The notes: generated by a model from the sequence alone, not told the origin. A DNA stretch of 64,000 bases from an uncultured Gammaproteobacteria bacterium (GCA_964435035.1 CAYSXR010000004.1:676-64675); one strand, 5' to 3'; positions 8,962-19,917 are shown, numbered from the stretch's first letter. Translations and numbers: made by a program.

Positions 8962-10446
8962 ATGCTTTCTCCTTACCAACGTTACCGTTTATATGAAATG
9001 CTTCCAGGCATTTCTATCTGGGGTACTCTCATTCTCGCGGTTGTTTTTTCGTTTCTATATCCGCTTGCAATGATTTATTTTATCATTATTTTTGATATCT
9101 ATTGGGTGCTCAAAGTATTTAATTTTTCTTTTTATTTAATCGTATCATGGATTAGATATCGTAAAGTACAGCGGATCGACTGGAAAGACGCACTCCAACA
9201 TGATATTCCTGATGCAACACGCTTACGTCATGTAGTTTTTTTGACTGTCTTTAATGAAACGTGGGATGTGGTTGAGGGTGCGGTCGCTAGTGTGGCTGCT
9301 TCTGTGTACAATCCATCGTTGTTTACTCTGGTTATTGCAGGAGAAGAGCGTCAAGCAGAGCATTGTAAAGAACTTTTTCAAAAAATAGAAGCTCGTTTTC
9401 TTGATGTATTTGACCATATTGCTTTTACTCTTCATCCAAGCAGCCTCCCTGATGAAATTCCAGGAAAAGGTTCAAATTTGCATTATGCTGAAGGTGAAAT
9501 GAAGAAATATATTGATGCACATGGCTGGAAATATGAAGAGGTGATTATCACCGTATTTGATATTGATACCGTGTGTCATTCTAATTATTTTGCGTATTTG
9601 GCATATACCTATGCTACTCATCCAAACCCAACAAAGAGCTCATATCAGCCGATTGCACTCTATAACAATAACATGTGGGAGTCGCCATCAGTGTTGCGTA
9701 TTATGGCGTTTGGTACCACATTCTGGATGATGATGTCTCTCGCTCGTCAAGATTCGCTTGTCACCTTTTCTTCACATTCAATGAGCTTCAAAGCATTAGT
9801 TGATGCAGGATTTCATGATAAACGTATCGTAAGTGAGGATTCGCGAATTTTTTATCAATGTTTGCTTGCTTACAACGGTAAGTATGAGGTAACTCCATTG
9901 TATATTCCCGTATCAATGGATACAGTCCGGGATACTTCCTGGTGGCAGAGTATTCGAAATCTCTATCGTCAGCAGCGCCGTTGGGCATGGGGAGTAGAAC
10001 ATGTGCCATTTTTATTGTGGGAGTTTAGAAAAAAAGGAAAATTGATACCATGGTATACTAAATTTAAATGGCTTTTTATTGAATGGGAAGGTAAATGGTC
10101 ATGGTGTCTTGCAGCTCTCCTTATCACCATTCTTGGAAGATTTCCACTGTGGGTAGCTAGTCCTAGTATTAGACAGAGTGCACTGTATTTCAATGCGCCA
10201 CATCTGCTTGAAATTCTTATGACTGCTGCTATGAGTGGGCTTATTCTTTCTGCAATGCTTAGTTTACCCCTCCTTCCCCCTCGACCACAATCGCATCCAC
10301 GATATCGATATGTAATCATGGTATTGCAGTGGATTTTATTACCGGTTTCAATGCTTTTTGTTGCAGCAGCTCCAGGGATCGATGCAGTGACACATTTGAT
10401 GCGTGGTAAATATTTAGGATTTAATATTTCTCAAAAAAAACGCTAG
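8962..10446 (+). CDS. GT2-family membrane glycosyltransferase
   Basis: GKGSNL, DID, SED, QQRRW motifs and flanking TM helices. Confidence 0.85.
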   Translation: MLSPYQRYRLYEMLPGISIWGTLILAVVFSFLYPLAMIYFIIIFDIYWVLKVFNFSFYLIVSWIRYRKVQRIDWKDALQHDIPDATRLRHVVFLTVFNETWDVVEGAVASVAASVYNPSLFTLVIAGEERQAEHCKELFQKIEARFLDVFDHIAFTLHPSSLPDEIPGKGSNLHYAEGEMKKYIDAHGWKYEEVIITVFDIDTVCHSNYFAYLAYTYATHPNPTKSSYQPIALYNNNMWESPSVLRIMAFGTTFWMMMSLARQDSLVTFSSHSMSFKALVDAGFHDKRIVSEDSRIFYQCLLAYNGKYEVTPLYIPVSMDTVRDTSWWQSIRNLYRQQRRWAWGVEHVPFLLWEFRKKGKLIPWYTKFKWLFIEWEGKWSWCLAALLITILGRFPLWVASPSIRQSALYFNAPHLLEILMTAAMSGLILSAMLSLPLLPPRPQSHPRYRYVIMVLQWILLPVSMLFVAAAPGIDAVTHLMRGKYLGFNISQKKR

Positions 10447-10450
10447 GTAT

Positions 10451-11935
10451 ATGTTTATACAAGCTACATCTCGAGAAAAGAAAAAAAAGAAATTACCCTA
10501 TATTCTATTAAGTATTTTTTTGTTATTAGTATTATGTAGTCTCGCAGTATATTACGTCATTCGACATGTTGGAATTGAAGGATTTCTTTCATCTTCTTTT
10601 GTGCAGCAGCAAATTAGTAAACATGTTGGTGGGGATGAGGGTGATATTTTTGAGCTTTTGCCGATCGCGCTTGGTTTCGATGAACCAAAAACATACCTAG
10701 TGTTATTTTTAAATAATACAGAGATGCGTCCGGGCGGGGGATTTATTGGTGTGTATGGTACTGTTCGTGTTACGGGGGGGCATGTTGAGGTTTTGAAAGT
10801 TGAAGGAACTGAAATATTAGATAATCAATCTTCACATGTTAATGTGCCTGTTCCTCCAAGTCCTTTGTCTCAGTATCTGAAAGTTTCAGGGTGGTATTTC
10901 AGAGACAGTAACTGGTCTCCTGATTTTGCTGAGAGCTCAAAACAGGGGTTGGCACTGTATACTCGAGAGAATGGAGTTGCGTCGGGAGACATTGATGCAG
11001 TTATTGGAGTGACTGCTACGGTGCTTGAAGAACTTATGAAAAAAACTGGACCGATTACGATTAATGGAATTACGTTTACTCCAGAAAATGTAGTAGCTGA
11101 GCTTGAGCATGAGGTTGAATATAAATTTATTGATCGAGGAATTTCTCGAGGAGATCGTAAAGATATTATTGAGCCTTTTATGCTTGCTATGATTGATAAG
11201 TTGAAAAGTGATGTATTGCGTCATCCTTTTGAATATCGTGCACTCGCTGAAAAATTATTACAAGAAAAGCATGTTGTCGCATACGCACTTGATTCAAACA
11301 TTCAAAATACGTTACATGAACATTCAGCAGATGGAAGTATTGCAGATACGACTGGCGATTATCTCATGTGGGTGGATGCCAATCTTGGTGCATTAAAAAC
11401 TGATCATGCGATTACACGTACACTTTCTTATACTATACAACCAGAAGTGTCTCCAACAGGGGATCGGTATTATGAAGCGACTGCGACGATGAAGTATATA
11501 CACTCGCAGCCTTTTGACTGGAGAACGTCGCGATACCGTACGTACGCACGAGTGTTTGTGCCTGAAGGCTCTGAACTGATTTCTTTTCGTGTAAGTAAAG
11601 GGCAACAGGTCCCCCCATATCTAGCTCAGAGTGGAGAAGAGCTTGGAAAAAAATGGTTTGGAACTTTTGTTACTATAGAACCGCTTGGAGTTGAAACACT
11701 CACCTTCACCTATCGTTTGCCCAACTCCATCGCTCAGCAGATTGATCAAAAAATGTATACGTTACATGTACAAAAACAAATCGGCCTTGTGGGCGCTTCA
11801 TTGACGCTCGACCTTGATTTTGATACAACTATCCAAGCAGCAGAACCTCCTGAAATGCAATCTGAGTGGGGGGATGGTGTGTATCGGTTCGAAACCCGGT
11901 TTGATCGAGATTGGGAGTTTGAAGTACGGATGTAG
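10451..11935 (+). CDS. DUF4012-domain membrane-anchored protein
   Basis: N-terminal TM, YLVLFLNNTEMRPGGGFIG, RDSNWSPDF, DANLGALKTD. Confidence 0.8.
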   Translation: MFIQATSREKKKKKLPYILLSIFLLLVLCSLAVYYVIRHVGIEGFLSSSFVQQQISKHVGGDEGDIFELLPIALGFDEPKTYLVLFLNNTEMRPGGGFIGVYGTVRVTGGHVEVLKVEGTEILDNQSSHVNVPVPPSPLSQYLKVSGWYFRDSNWSPDFAESSKQGLALYTRENGVASGDIDAVIGVTATVLEELMKKTGPITINGITFTPENVVAELEHEVEYKFIDRGISRGDRKDIIEPFMLAMIDKLKSDVLRHPFEYRALAEKLLQEKHVVAYALDSNIQNTLHEHSADGSIADTTGDYLMWVDANLGALKTDHAITRTLSYTIQPEVSPTGDRYYEATATMKYIHSQPFDWRTSRYRTYARVFVPEGSELISFRVSKGQQVPPYLAQSGEELGKKWFGTFVTIEPLGVETLTFTYRLPNSIAQQIDQKMYTLHVQKQIGLVGASLTLDLDFDTTIQAAEPPEMQSEWGDGVYRFETRFDRDWEFEVRM

Positions 11936-11997
11936 TTATAATTTTAAAAGAGATAAGATTTATTGTTTTCTAGTAAAAGAGTAAAAAGTTGGTTTTT

Positions 11998-12037
11998 ACC
12001 AGATAACTAGCAAACCAGTAAACTAGATAACGAGCTA
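11998..12037. repeat. Family D: 8-bp unit tandem array (ACYAGATA-type)
   Basis: ACCAGATA ACTAGCAA ACCAGTAA ACTAGATA ACGAGCTA, ending 2 nt before the mreB ATG. Confidence 0.7.
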
Positions 12038-12039
12038 TT

Positions 12040-13041
12040 ATGCGTAAAGTAGGAATCGATCTTGGTACCACAAATATTCTAGTGTATATTCCCAAACGAG
12101 GGATCGTGGTAAACGAGCCCTCTGTTGTTGCTATTTCAAAAGAAGATCGAAGAGTACTGGCAGTAGGTGCAGAAGCAAAAGAAATGATTGGACGCACTCC
12201 TGATACTATTATTGCTGAACGTCCGCTGAAAGATGGGGTTATTGCGAGTTATAAAACTACAGAAGCGATGCTTCGATATTTTATTAATAAGGCGTTGGGA
12301 GGAATTCGTTTGTTTCGTCCCGAAGTGATGGTGGCAGTACCTGCGGGGATTACATCAACCGAGAGAAGAGCGGTAATTGATGCGGCTATGGCAGCTGGCG
12401 CAAAAGCAGCCTATATTATTAAAGAACCTATTGTTGCTGCAATCGGTGCTGATATTCCTATTGGTTCTCCATCGGGTCACATGATTATTGATATTGGTGG
12501 AGGAACTGCTGAAATTGCGGTTATTTCATTGGGAGGAATTGTATCAGTCGGATCGGTGCGCATTGGTGGAAATAGGTTTGATTTGTCAATTGCTGAATTT
12601 ATACGCAGAAAATATGGATTAGCTATTGGAGAGCAGAGTGCTGAAGAAGTGAAAATCCAGATTGGAAGTGCTATGTTTATGGATACTCCTCTTACTATGG
12701 ATGTAAAGGGAAGAGACATGGTTACTGGTCTCCCACGCACGGTCACGGTCACGTCTGATGATACTACTGAAGCATTACAGCATGATTTAGAAGGGCTTAT
12801 TGAGGCAGTCAAAGAAGTATTGAATCGTACTCCTCCTGAACTTTCTGCTGATGTGATGAATAAAGGTATTATTATGTCTGGAGGGTCAAGTTTACTCCGA
12901 AATCTTGATGAGCTTATTGCTCAGGCAATTGGTGTTGCAGCATATGTGGCTGAAGAGCCATTGCTTTGTGTTGCAAAAGGTACAGGTATTGCGCTTGAAA
13001 ATCTTGATAATTACAAACGATCAATTGTTTCGACGAGGTAA
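12040..13041 (+). CDS. mreB: Rod shape-determining actin-like protein MreB/Mbl
   Basis: [35 protein letters not shown]. Confidence 0.95.
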   Translation: MRKVGIDLGTTNILVYIPKRGIVVNEPSVVAISKEDRRVLAVGAEAKEMIGRTPDTIIAERPLKDGVIASYKTTEAMLRYFINKALGGIRLFRPEVMVAVPAGITSTERRAVIDAAMAAGAKAAYIIKEPIVAAIGADIPIGSPSGHMIIDIGGGTAEIAVISLGGIVSVGSVRIGGNRFDLSIAEFIRRKYGLAIGEQSAEEVKIQIGSAMFMDTPLTMDVKGRDMVTGLPRTVTVTSDDTTEALQHDLEGLIEAVKEVLNRTPPELSADVMNKGIIMSGGSSLLRNLDELIAQAIGVAAYVAEEPLLCVAKGTGIALENLDNYKRSIVSTR

Positions 13042-13109
13042 TTAACAACTAACAGTGAGCAATTAACAAGAATTTAAATTTGTTAATTGTTAGTTGCTCA
13101 CTGTTAATT
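13040..13109. repeat. Family C element: inverted arrays of a 7-bp unit (AATTAAC-type)
   Basis: AATTAAC AACTAAC AGTGAGC AATTAAC AA ... TTGTTAATT GTTAGTT GCTCACT GTTAATT. Confidence 0.85.
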
Positions 13110-13116
13110 TTATTTT

Positions 13117-14286
13117 ATGATACTCGGTATTGACGCATCTCTAGTAACTCGGGAACAACGTACGGGAGTGGAGTCATATGCGTTTCAGATTATTACGCAT
13201 TTGAGTAGAGTAATTCCTCCTGAAGTTGAAGTGCGGCTCTATAGTGATCATGCGCTCCCTACACATTTTGTACAACATATTCCTGCACATTGGAAACAAG
13301 TACTTCTTGCTTGGCCACCTCGATTTTTGTGGACACAGGTTCGACTTAGTTTTGAAATGTTGCAACATCCTCCAGATATTTTATTTACTCCTGGACATGT
13401 AGAACCAGTGATTCAGCCAAGAGCTACTATTATGATGGTACATGATGTGGCTGCGTGGAGGGTTCCTCGCGCGTATTCAAAATTTAATCGGTGGTACACA
13501 CTTTTTTTAACGATGAAGGCAATACAGAAGAATCCGGTAATACTCACTCCTAGTTTTTTTACCAAACAGGAATTGGAAAAGTTGGTGTTTGAGCGAAAAA
13601 AAACTAAAAAAGCTGAAATTTTTGTGATACCTCATGGGCATGTTTCTCGAACATTACCTATTCCTACTACTCCCACCAAATTGTTTACTCGTTACGGAAT
13701 TGATCAGAATACCCGATACCTACTCTGTGTTGGTCGAGTTGAATATAAAAAGAATATTGATACGGTACTTTCTGCTTTTGAGAAATTAAAGTCAGAAAAT
13801 CCTGAGCATACTACTCTCAAGCTGGTTCTCGCTGGAAAACCCGGCGTTGGATACGAGGATATACAAAACATGATTATTCATAGTCGGTATCGTACAGATA
13901 TTATTGAAACGGACTGGCTTCATGAAGATGAATTAACGTCGTTGCTTGCTCATGCGCGTATGTTGGTTTTTGTAAGTCGATATGAAGGGTTTGGTTTTCC
14001 AATTTTAGAGGCACTTGATCTAGGTGTGCCTGTTGTTGCTTCTAAAGGTGTGGGATTAGAAGAGGTTGGTGGGGTGTGTGTTACCTATGTATCTTCTACT
14101 AATCCAGATCACATTGCAGAAGCAATACAAAAAAACCTTTCATTTTCTTCAACTACTCGTCTTGATTTTCGAGCCCAGGCACGTCTACAGGTATTGCCAT
14201 TTTCTTGGTCTCGTTCGGCTAGTGCAACATATGAGGCTATAGTGAAGGCATATGAAATTGCGGAGGCGAATAAGCGTGTGGTATGA
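13117..14286 (+). CDS. GT4-family (GT-B) glycosyltransferase
   Basis: ILGIDAS..TGVESY, VGRVEYKKN, EGFGFPILEA. Confidence 0.9.
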   Translation: MILGIDASLVTREQRTGVESYAFQIITHLSRVIPPEVEVRLYSDHALPTHFVQHIPAHWKQVLLAWPPRFLWTQVRLSFEMLQHPPDILFTPGHVEPVIQPRATIMMVHDVAAWRVPRAYSKFNRWYTLFLTMKAIQKNPVILTPSFFTKQELEKLVFERKKTKKAEIFVIPHGHVSRTLPIPTTPTKLFTRYGIDQNTRYLLCVGRVEYKKNIDTVLSAFEKLKSENPEHTTLKLVLAGKPGVGYEDIQNMIIHSRYRTDIIETDWLHEDELTSLLAHARMLVFVSRYEGFGFPILEALDLGVPVVASKGVGLEEVGGVCVTYVSSTNPDHIAEAIQKNLSFSSTTRLDFRAQARLQVLPFSWSRSASATYEAIVKAYEIAEANKRVV

Positions 14287-14301
14287 TTCTCCCTAAGCAC
14301 T

Positions 14302-15216
14302 ATGACATATATTGGTCATGAAAAAATAATTTCTTTTTTTGATGCTTGTGTTTCAGAACACAGACTTAGTCATGCGTATGTTTTTTCTGGTCCACGACAT
14401 GTAGGTAAACGGACAATTGCTAATCATATTGCACGAACTATTCTTGGTATTCCTCAGAACCAGGCATTAGTACATCCTGATTTGATTGTAGTTCAGCGGG
14501 AACTTGACGAAAAAACAGAAACTTTGAAAAAAGATATTAGCGTTATGCAGATTCGGGATTTAATCCATCGATTGAGTCAGAGTGCTTTTGCAAAAGATGG
14601 GTACACTGTTGCAATTGTTGATGGAGCTGAACATATGAATGTTGCAGGAGCGAATGCGCTTTTGAAAACACTTGAAGAACCGCGGGCACGTACTATAGTT
14701 TTTCTTATTACTCAGGATGAATATATATTATTACCCACCATACGATCTCGGACACAATCAATATATTTTTCTCCCGTTGGTGTAGAAAAAATTAAAACTC
14801 ATCTTGAGTCTGTAGGTATTGAGTCTAACCGTGCAGAGGAATACGCACGTGAATCCCATGGATTACCGGGATATGCATGTAATTGGGTAGGGGATACAAC
14901 TCTCTTTGAAGATCATATTTCTTTCAAACAGCGTTGTGTATCACTTATGCATATTCCTTTTTATGAGAAGATCCAAAAAATTGAAGAATTTTTTGAAGAT
15001 AAAGATGATCATATTGAAGCTAGGGCGCGGATAATTGACATGCTTGGGGTTTGGACTTTCACACTTCGTGATATAATGATACTGCGTTCGTCTAATTTTG
15101 AGACTCGATATACTGTTTCTCAGGTATTAGATTCGATACGTCAAGCAGAAAAACAATTAAAACAGAATATTCACCCTAGATTAATTCTCGAGCATATTAT
15201 GCTCACGCTACCTTAA
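14302..15216 (+). CDS. holB: DNA polymerase III subunit delta'
   Basis: HAYVFSGPRHVGKRT, HPD, ANALLKTLEEP, LLPTIRSR. Confidence 0.9.
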   Translation: MTYIGHEKIISFFDACVSEHRLSHAYVFSGPRHVGKRTIANHIARTILGIPQNQALVHPDLIVVQRELDEKTETLKKDISVMQIRDLIHRLSQSAFAKDGYTVAIVDGAEHMNVAGANALLKTLEEPRARTIVFLITQDEYILLPTIRSRTQSIYFSPVGVEKIKTHLESVGIESNRAEEYARESHGLPGYACNWVGDTTLFEDHISFKQRCVSLMHIPFYEKIQKIEEFFEDKDDHIEARARIIDMLGVWTFTLRDIMILRSSNFETRYTVSQVLDSIRQAEKQLKQNIHPRLILEHIMLTLP

Positions 15217-15229
15217 TTATTTAGCCCGT

Positions 15230-16315
15230 ATGAAACGATCGCTTTCATCCATTTTTCTTTTATTCATCGTTATTATCTTAAGCGGACAAGCTTGTGTTGT
15301 TTTTGGGAGTAAGAAAAATACCGCACTAGGTCCTGCAGGAGTGTGGGTTACTACAAAGAATGGTGAATCATGGACACAAATTGTGTCAGTTCCTACAGCT
15401 GAAGGGGTAGTACAGGTTCCACAGGCCGAGGTATATAAGCTTATTGATGACCCCCAAGATGCTCATGCACTTTATTGGGCATCACGAGAAGATGGAATTT
15501 TTTATAGTTATGATGATGGTAGAACGTGGGCTCGTGCCGAAGCTCCGCTAAATACTGGATTTATATATAGTATCGCTGTACACCCTAAAGAAAAATGTAC
15601 TATTTATGCTTCGAATGGAAGGCAGGTTTTCAAAACACTCGACTGTATGCGTTCGTGGACTGAAGTATACCGAGAAAATCGTGCTGAATTTGTCGTAACT
15701 TCAGTTTCGATTAATCCGTTTAATCCTTTTGAAGTTTTTGCAGCAACAAGCGCGGGTGATTTGTATGAGAGTGCTGATGGAGGAAATTCATGGCAAGTGA
15801 ATACTCGACTTAATAGAACGGACATTCGTGAAGTGGTGTTTGACCGGAACAAGGAAGGAATTATGTATCTAGCAACCAGAGAAAATGGGTTGTATCGTAC
15901 GCGTGATGGGGGAACTACCTGGGAAAATCTCGCGCCTAATTTTAGGGAATATGCGGGTTCTTTACAGTTCCGTAGATTTATGGTATATCCTTCTAAAGCT
16001 GAGACTATTTTCTGGGTTTCAAAATATGGAATTCTAACGTCACGTAATTCTGGAGAAGAGTGGGAACCAATATCTTTGGTCACACCTCCAGGAAGCGTTG
16101 ATATCTATGGATTTTCGGTTAATCCAAATAATGACAAAGAAATGTATTACACAGGGAGTATTGGAGATCGCTCTACGTTTTACCGGAGTGTTGATGGTGG
16201 GGTGACCTGGGAAACACGTAAATTGCCTACAAAACAGACTCCCACGGCACTTCGTGTGCATCCTGAGCAAGATGGGTGGGTGTATCTCGGGTTTACGACG
16301 ATAATTAAAAAATAA
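15230..16315 (+). CDS. Lipoprotein with Asp-box/BNR repeats (YCF48/sortilin-like beta-propeller)
   Basis: Signal ending ILSGQAC and repeated S/T-x-D-G-G-x-T/S-W motifs. Confidence 0.8.
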   Translation: MKRSLSSIFLLFIVIILSGQACVVFGSKKNTALGPAGVWVTTKNGESWTQIVSVPTAEGVVQVPQAEVYKLIDDPQDAHALYWASREDGIFYSYDDGRTWARAEAPLNTGFIYSIAVHPKEKCTIYASNGRQVFKTLDCMRSWTEVYRENRAEFVVTSVSINPFNPFEVFAATSAGDLYESADGGNSWQVNTRLNRTDIREVVFDRNKEGIMYLATRENGLYRTRDGGTTWENLAPNFREYAGSLQFRRFMVYPSKAETIFWVSKYGILTSRNSGEEWEPISLVTPPGSVDIYGFSVNPNNDKEMYYTGSIGDRSTFYRSVDGGVTWETRKLPTKQTPTALRVHPEQDGWVYLGFTTIIKK

Positions 16316-16413
16316 ACATTGATTACGCAGATTGAATATGGATTTAGACTGAAAATTCAGGATTTTCCATGTTAATCAGTTTAAATCAATAATAATCAGT
16401 TTAAATCAATGTT
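16315..16413. repeat. Family B element (terminal IR AACATTGATT...AATCAATGTT, ~9-11-bp GATT/AATC units)
   Basis: AACATTGATTACGCAGATTGAATATGGATTTAGACTG ... CAGTTTAAATCAATGTT, ending 2 nt before the frr ATG. Confidence 0.85.
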
Positions 16414-16415
16414 AT

Positions 16416-16961
16416 ATGACTTCAGAATATAAAGAACAAATACATAAATCACTTGAGCATTTGAAACAGGATATTTCGAGTCTTCGTACTGGTCGTGCAA
16501 CACCGGCGATTGTGGAAGATATTATGATTGAGGCCTATGGTATGAAGCAACCAGTCAAAGCACTGGCATCAATTTCTGTGTTGGACGCAAAAACATTAGC
16601 GATTGAGCCATGGGATAAGAGCATTATTCAGGCTCTTGATACCGGGCTTCGTATGTCTGACCTCGGCATAAACCCGGTCAATGATGGAAAAATGATTCGA
16701 TTACCACTTCCAGAACTTAGTCAGGATCGCAGACAAGAGCTTATCAAAGTTCTAAATACCAAATTAGAAAGTGCTCGAATTGTCCTTCGAAAATTGCGTG
16801 AAGAAGCTCGTGAAAATGTGGATATTCAGGAAGAACATGGTTCTATTAGTGAAGATCAGAAGTATAAATTGCATGATGAAATTGAAAAACTTGCAAAAGA
16901 GGCAAACGAAAAGGTGAAAGAGATTGGAGAGGAAAAAGAAGTAGAAATTTTGAAAGTATAG
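16416..16961 (+). CDS. frr: Ribosome recycling factor
   Basis: LRTGRATP, IEPWDKS, LGINPVNDG, LPELSQDRR. Confidence 0.97.
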   Translation: MTSEYKEQIHKSLEHLKQDISSLRTGRATPAIVEDIMIEAYGMKQPVKALASISVLDAKTLAIEPWDKSIIQALDTGLRMSDLGINPVNDGKMIRLPLPELSQDRRQELIKVLNTKLESARIVLRKLREEARENVDIQEEHGSISEDQKYKLHDEIEKLAKEANEKVKEIGEEKEVEILKV

Positions 16962-16973
16962 ATAACGTGTAAT

Positions 16974-17003
16974 AAAAAATTGGTTCGCAAGCCAATTTTT
17001 TTA
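16974..17003 (+). terminator. Intrinsic terminator after frr
   Basis: AAAAAATTGGTT-CGCA-AGCCAATTTTTTT. Confidence 0.75.
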
Positions 17004-17119
17004 TTATACACTTGAGCAAAAGATTTATTGTGCAATGTATATGTGTTATATGCACTTTTTTTATTTGGAGCTTTTCTTCAAAAATGTTATACTTTGCAAT
17101 ATATTTTTAGACACATACA

Positions 17120-18484
17120 ATGTCACTTATTGATATAAAAAATTTATCCGTTGGATATTTTCTTGGCAAAAGTAATGAAGTCAAGGCGCTTAGTGATGTG
17201 AGTTTGAAAATCGAGCGCGGTGAATTTATTATTTTTTTTGGTGCTTCTGGTTGCGGAAAATCAACATTGCTTTATACGATAGCAGGACTGGAACGACCTA
17301 CGGGTGGTGAAGTGCTGGTTACTGGTGTGAATTTGGCGGATATGAAAAATAAAGAACTTGAGTATTACCGTCAGCACACCATTGGCATGGTATTTCAAGC
17401 ATTTCATCTTATTCCCTCACTTTCTATTGTCAAAAATATCATGTTACCCCAAATTGCGATTGGGGGTGATCCAAAAAAACGACGAGAAGAAGCTGAAAGA
17501 TTGATGAAGTATTTCGGTGTGTATGAACAGCGCAATAAAGTGCCTAATGAATTATCTGGTGGACAACAGCAGCGTGTGGCGATTTGTCGTTCATTGATTA
17601 ATGATCCAGAAATTATTTTTGCGGATGAACCGGTAGGTAATCTGGACTCAAAGTCTGCTCACGATGTGTTGGGTTTGATACAAGAATTAAACATAAAAGA
17701 TAAAAAAACGGTTATTTTGGTTACACATGATCCATCACATTTGGATATTGCTGATCGGGTTTTTTTTATGAAGGATGGAAAAGTTATTGATACTAAAGTA
17801 AACAAAGAGACTAGAAAAATTACGGTTGAAAAATCTGGTGAACCAGCGAAAAAGACTAATCTGGAACTTGTATCAAAAACACTTGCCACCTCAGAACACA
17901 TGGGAATTGGTGGATTGTTTCTTGAATATAAGGTCAAGGAGATTGTTTCTGATGCGCTTACAGGGCTTACGATTGAAGAGGTAACAGGTATTGAGCATCG
18001 AGTATCAGAAATTTTAAAGAATAAATTAAGTGATTATCGTGATTTGGAAGATTACCTTGATCGTGAATATACGTTTGGTGGACTTGATTTGAATAAACGC
18101 ACTGCACATCGGTTGACTGATAATATACGTAGTGTGGTTGAGGAAATGAAAACACTAGTTGAAGCTTCTGCGTCTAGTAAGAAAGGTTTGAGCTATGTTG
18201 AAAAACTTCGTTTTAATTTACTTGATACTTTTGATGTCCATGTCTCTAGTACAGATATTGTCGAACGTATTGAAAGCATCATTCGTGAACGAGTAGAGGG
18301 TCGCACTGACCGTAAAGGCGTACAGGCATTATTTGATACATCAGTGGTGGATGGTGGTGCGGGGCTTGATCGCAGAGATGCAAAACGAATGTCAAAACAT
18401 CTCGAGTTATTATTGTTGACACGATATGATGGTCAAGTAAAAAACGAAAAAGAAGATCATTCAAAATCAGAAAAGTCTAGTTAG
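17120..18484 (+). CDS. MacB/LolD-type ABC ATPase with a ~230-aa C-terminal extension
   Basis: [29 protein letters not shown], plus an extra C-terminal domain. Confidence 0.88.
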   Translation: MSLIDIKNLSVGYFLGKSNEVKALSDVSLKIERGEFIIFFGASGCGKSTLLYTIAGLERPTGGEVLVTGVNLADMKNKELEYYRQHTIGMVFQAFHLIPSLSIVKNIMLPQIAIGGDPKKRREEAERLMKYFGVYEQRNKVPNELSGGQQQRVAICRSLINDPEIIFADEPVGNLDSKSAHDVLGLIQELNIKDKKTVILVTHDPSHLDIADRVFFMKDGKVIDTKVNKETRKITVEKSGEPAKKTNLELVSKTLATSEHMGIGGLFLEYKVKEIVSDALTGLTIEEVTGIEHRVSEILKNKLSDYRDLEDYLDREYTFGGLDLNKRTAHRLTDNIRSVVEEMKTLVEASASSKKGLSYVEKLRFNLLDTFDVHVSSTDIVERIESIIRERVEGRTDRKGVQALFDTSVVDGGAGLDRRDAKRMSKHLELLLLTRYDGQVKNEKEDHSKSEKSS

Positions 18485-18485
18485 T

Positions 18486-19772
18486 ATGACTATAAACTTA
18501 GTAGAAAAAAAATCTGTATCTGCACAGAAAGAAGACAAGAAACAACATATTTCACGACGGATGGTAGTGAAAGATATTTTGTCACTTTCGACACGTACCT
18601 TTAAGACTCGGCCGATGCGTACCGCACTTACGATTCTTGGTATGAGTGTAGGTATTGGTGCGGTATTATTTTTGGTTTCCTTGGGCTATGGTTTACAAGA
18701 AACAGTCTTGAATCGTATTACAAATGCGGATGCGTTACTTAGTTTGGATGTAAGTGCGGGGCAGTCTGAGCTCATTAAACTAGATCGTGCAAATTTGGAT
18801 AAAATGGCACAATTGCCCAATGTTGAAGAAGTAAGTCCAATTACTGCAATTTCTTCTCAGATTACACTTAAAGATTTGACTGGGATTGTGACGCTCTATT
18901 CAGTGAAACCTTCTTTTTTTCGTCTGAGCGGTATTTTGCCGTTTAAAGGAAAGCTATTTGAGGCCACTCAATCAGGAGAAGCTCAGCGAGAAATAGTGGT
19001 TTCTTCAGCCCTTGCAACTATTTTTAATCTGGATCCTGATTCTATTGTCGGAGAAAAAGTTTCTATTACAGCTTTTGTATCGAGGCTTGATGAAACAGGG
19101 AACGAAGTAGTGAGCACTACTATCATCAGTGATCCATTTGTGATTGTTGGGGTAGTTCAGGATGATAAGGAAAGTTTTATGTATGCACCTGAGAGTTTAC
19201 TACAGGATATACATGTAGAAACATATATTGGTGCAAAGATAAAAGTGACTTCTCCTGAGGTAATGGGTGCTATTCGTGACCAGGTTATTGATATGGGCTT
19301 CTTTGTTTCTGCATTACAAGATACTATTGACCAGGTTAAAAAGATTTTTGCGATTGTTCAGATAGTGTTGGGTTTATTTGGACTTGTTGCTCTAATTGTA
19401 TCGGCGATTGGAATGTTTAATACTATGACCGTACTTCTTATGGAACGTACGAATGAAATTGGTATTATGCGCTCAATTGGGGTTACGAGAAATGATGTAC
19501 GAAAACTTTTTATGGTTGAGGCTATGGTGATGGGTTTTTTGGGAGGATTAGGTGGAGTTGCATTGGGACATCTGGGTGGTGTATTGGCTAATTTTGGCAT
19601 CAATTTACTTGCAAAGAATTTTGGAGGACAAGCACTTAGCTTATTTAGTCGTCCAGCTTCGTTTATTGTGGGCATTATTATATTTTCTACTATCATTGGC
19701 TTTATAACTGGCATATTTCCAGCACAGCGTGCTGCAAAAATCAAGCCACTCGACGCATTACGGTACAAATAG
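18486..19772 (+). CDS. MacB/FtsX-family ABC permease
   Basis: RTALTILGMSVGIG, ERTNEIGIMRSIG, PAQRAAKIKPLDALRY. Confidence 0.92.
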   Translation: MTINLVEKKSVSAQKEDKKQHISRRMVVKDILSLSTRTFKTRPMRTALTILGMSVGIGAVLFLVSLGYGLQETVLNRITNADALLSLDVSAGQSELIKLDRANLDKMAQLPNVEEVSPITAISSQITLKDLTGIVTLYSVKPSFFRLSGILPFKGKLFEATQSGEAQREIVVSSALATIFNLDPDSIVGEKVSITAFVSRLDETGNEVVSTTIISDPFVIVGVVQDDKESFMYAPESLLQDIHVETYIGAKIKVTSPEVMGAIRDQVIDMGFFVSALQDTIDQVKKIFAIVQIVLGLFGLVALIVSAIGMFNTMTVLLMERTNEIGIMRSIGVTRNDVRKLFMVEAMVMGFLGGLGGVALGHLGGVLANFGINLLAKNFGGQALSLFSRPASFIVGIIIFSTIIGFITGIFPAQRAAKIKPLDALRYK

Positions 19773-19798
19773 TGAAGATAGTTTTTTTGTCATTACTC

Positions 19799-19830
19799 AA
19801 CTGTGGAATAACCCACAGTTTTTTTCTTTT
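19799..19830 (+). terminator. Intrinsic terminator
   Basis: AACTGTGG-AATAAC-CCACAGTT followed by a long T-run. Confidence 0.7.
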
Positions 19831-19917
19831 TTTTATCCCCATATTTAGCGTAATTTTTCTATTATAACATGAGAAAAAGTGGTATACTGTTGTCACGACT
19901 TCGTGTGATAGTTTTTT

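Noticed and set aside
19800-19842. DnaA-box-like words (TGTGGAATAA, TTATCCCCA) suggesting oriC
   Set aside because: Only two imperfect matches, one inside a terminator hairpin, and no dnaA/dnaN nearby.
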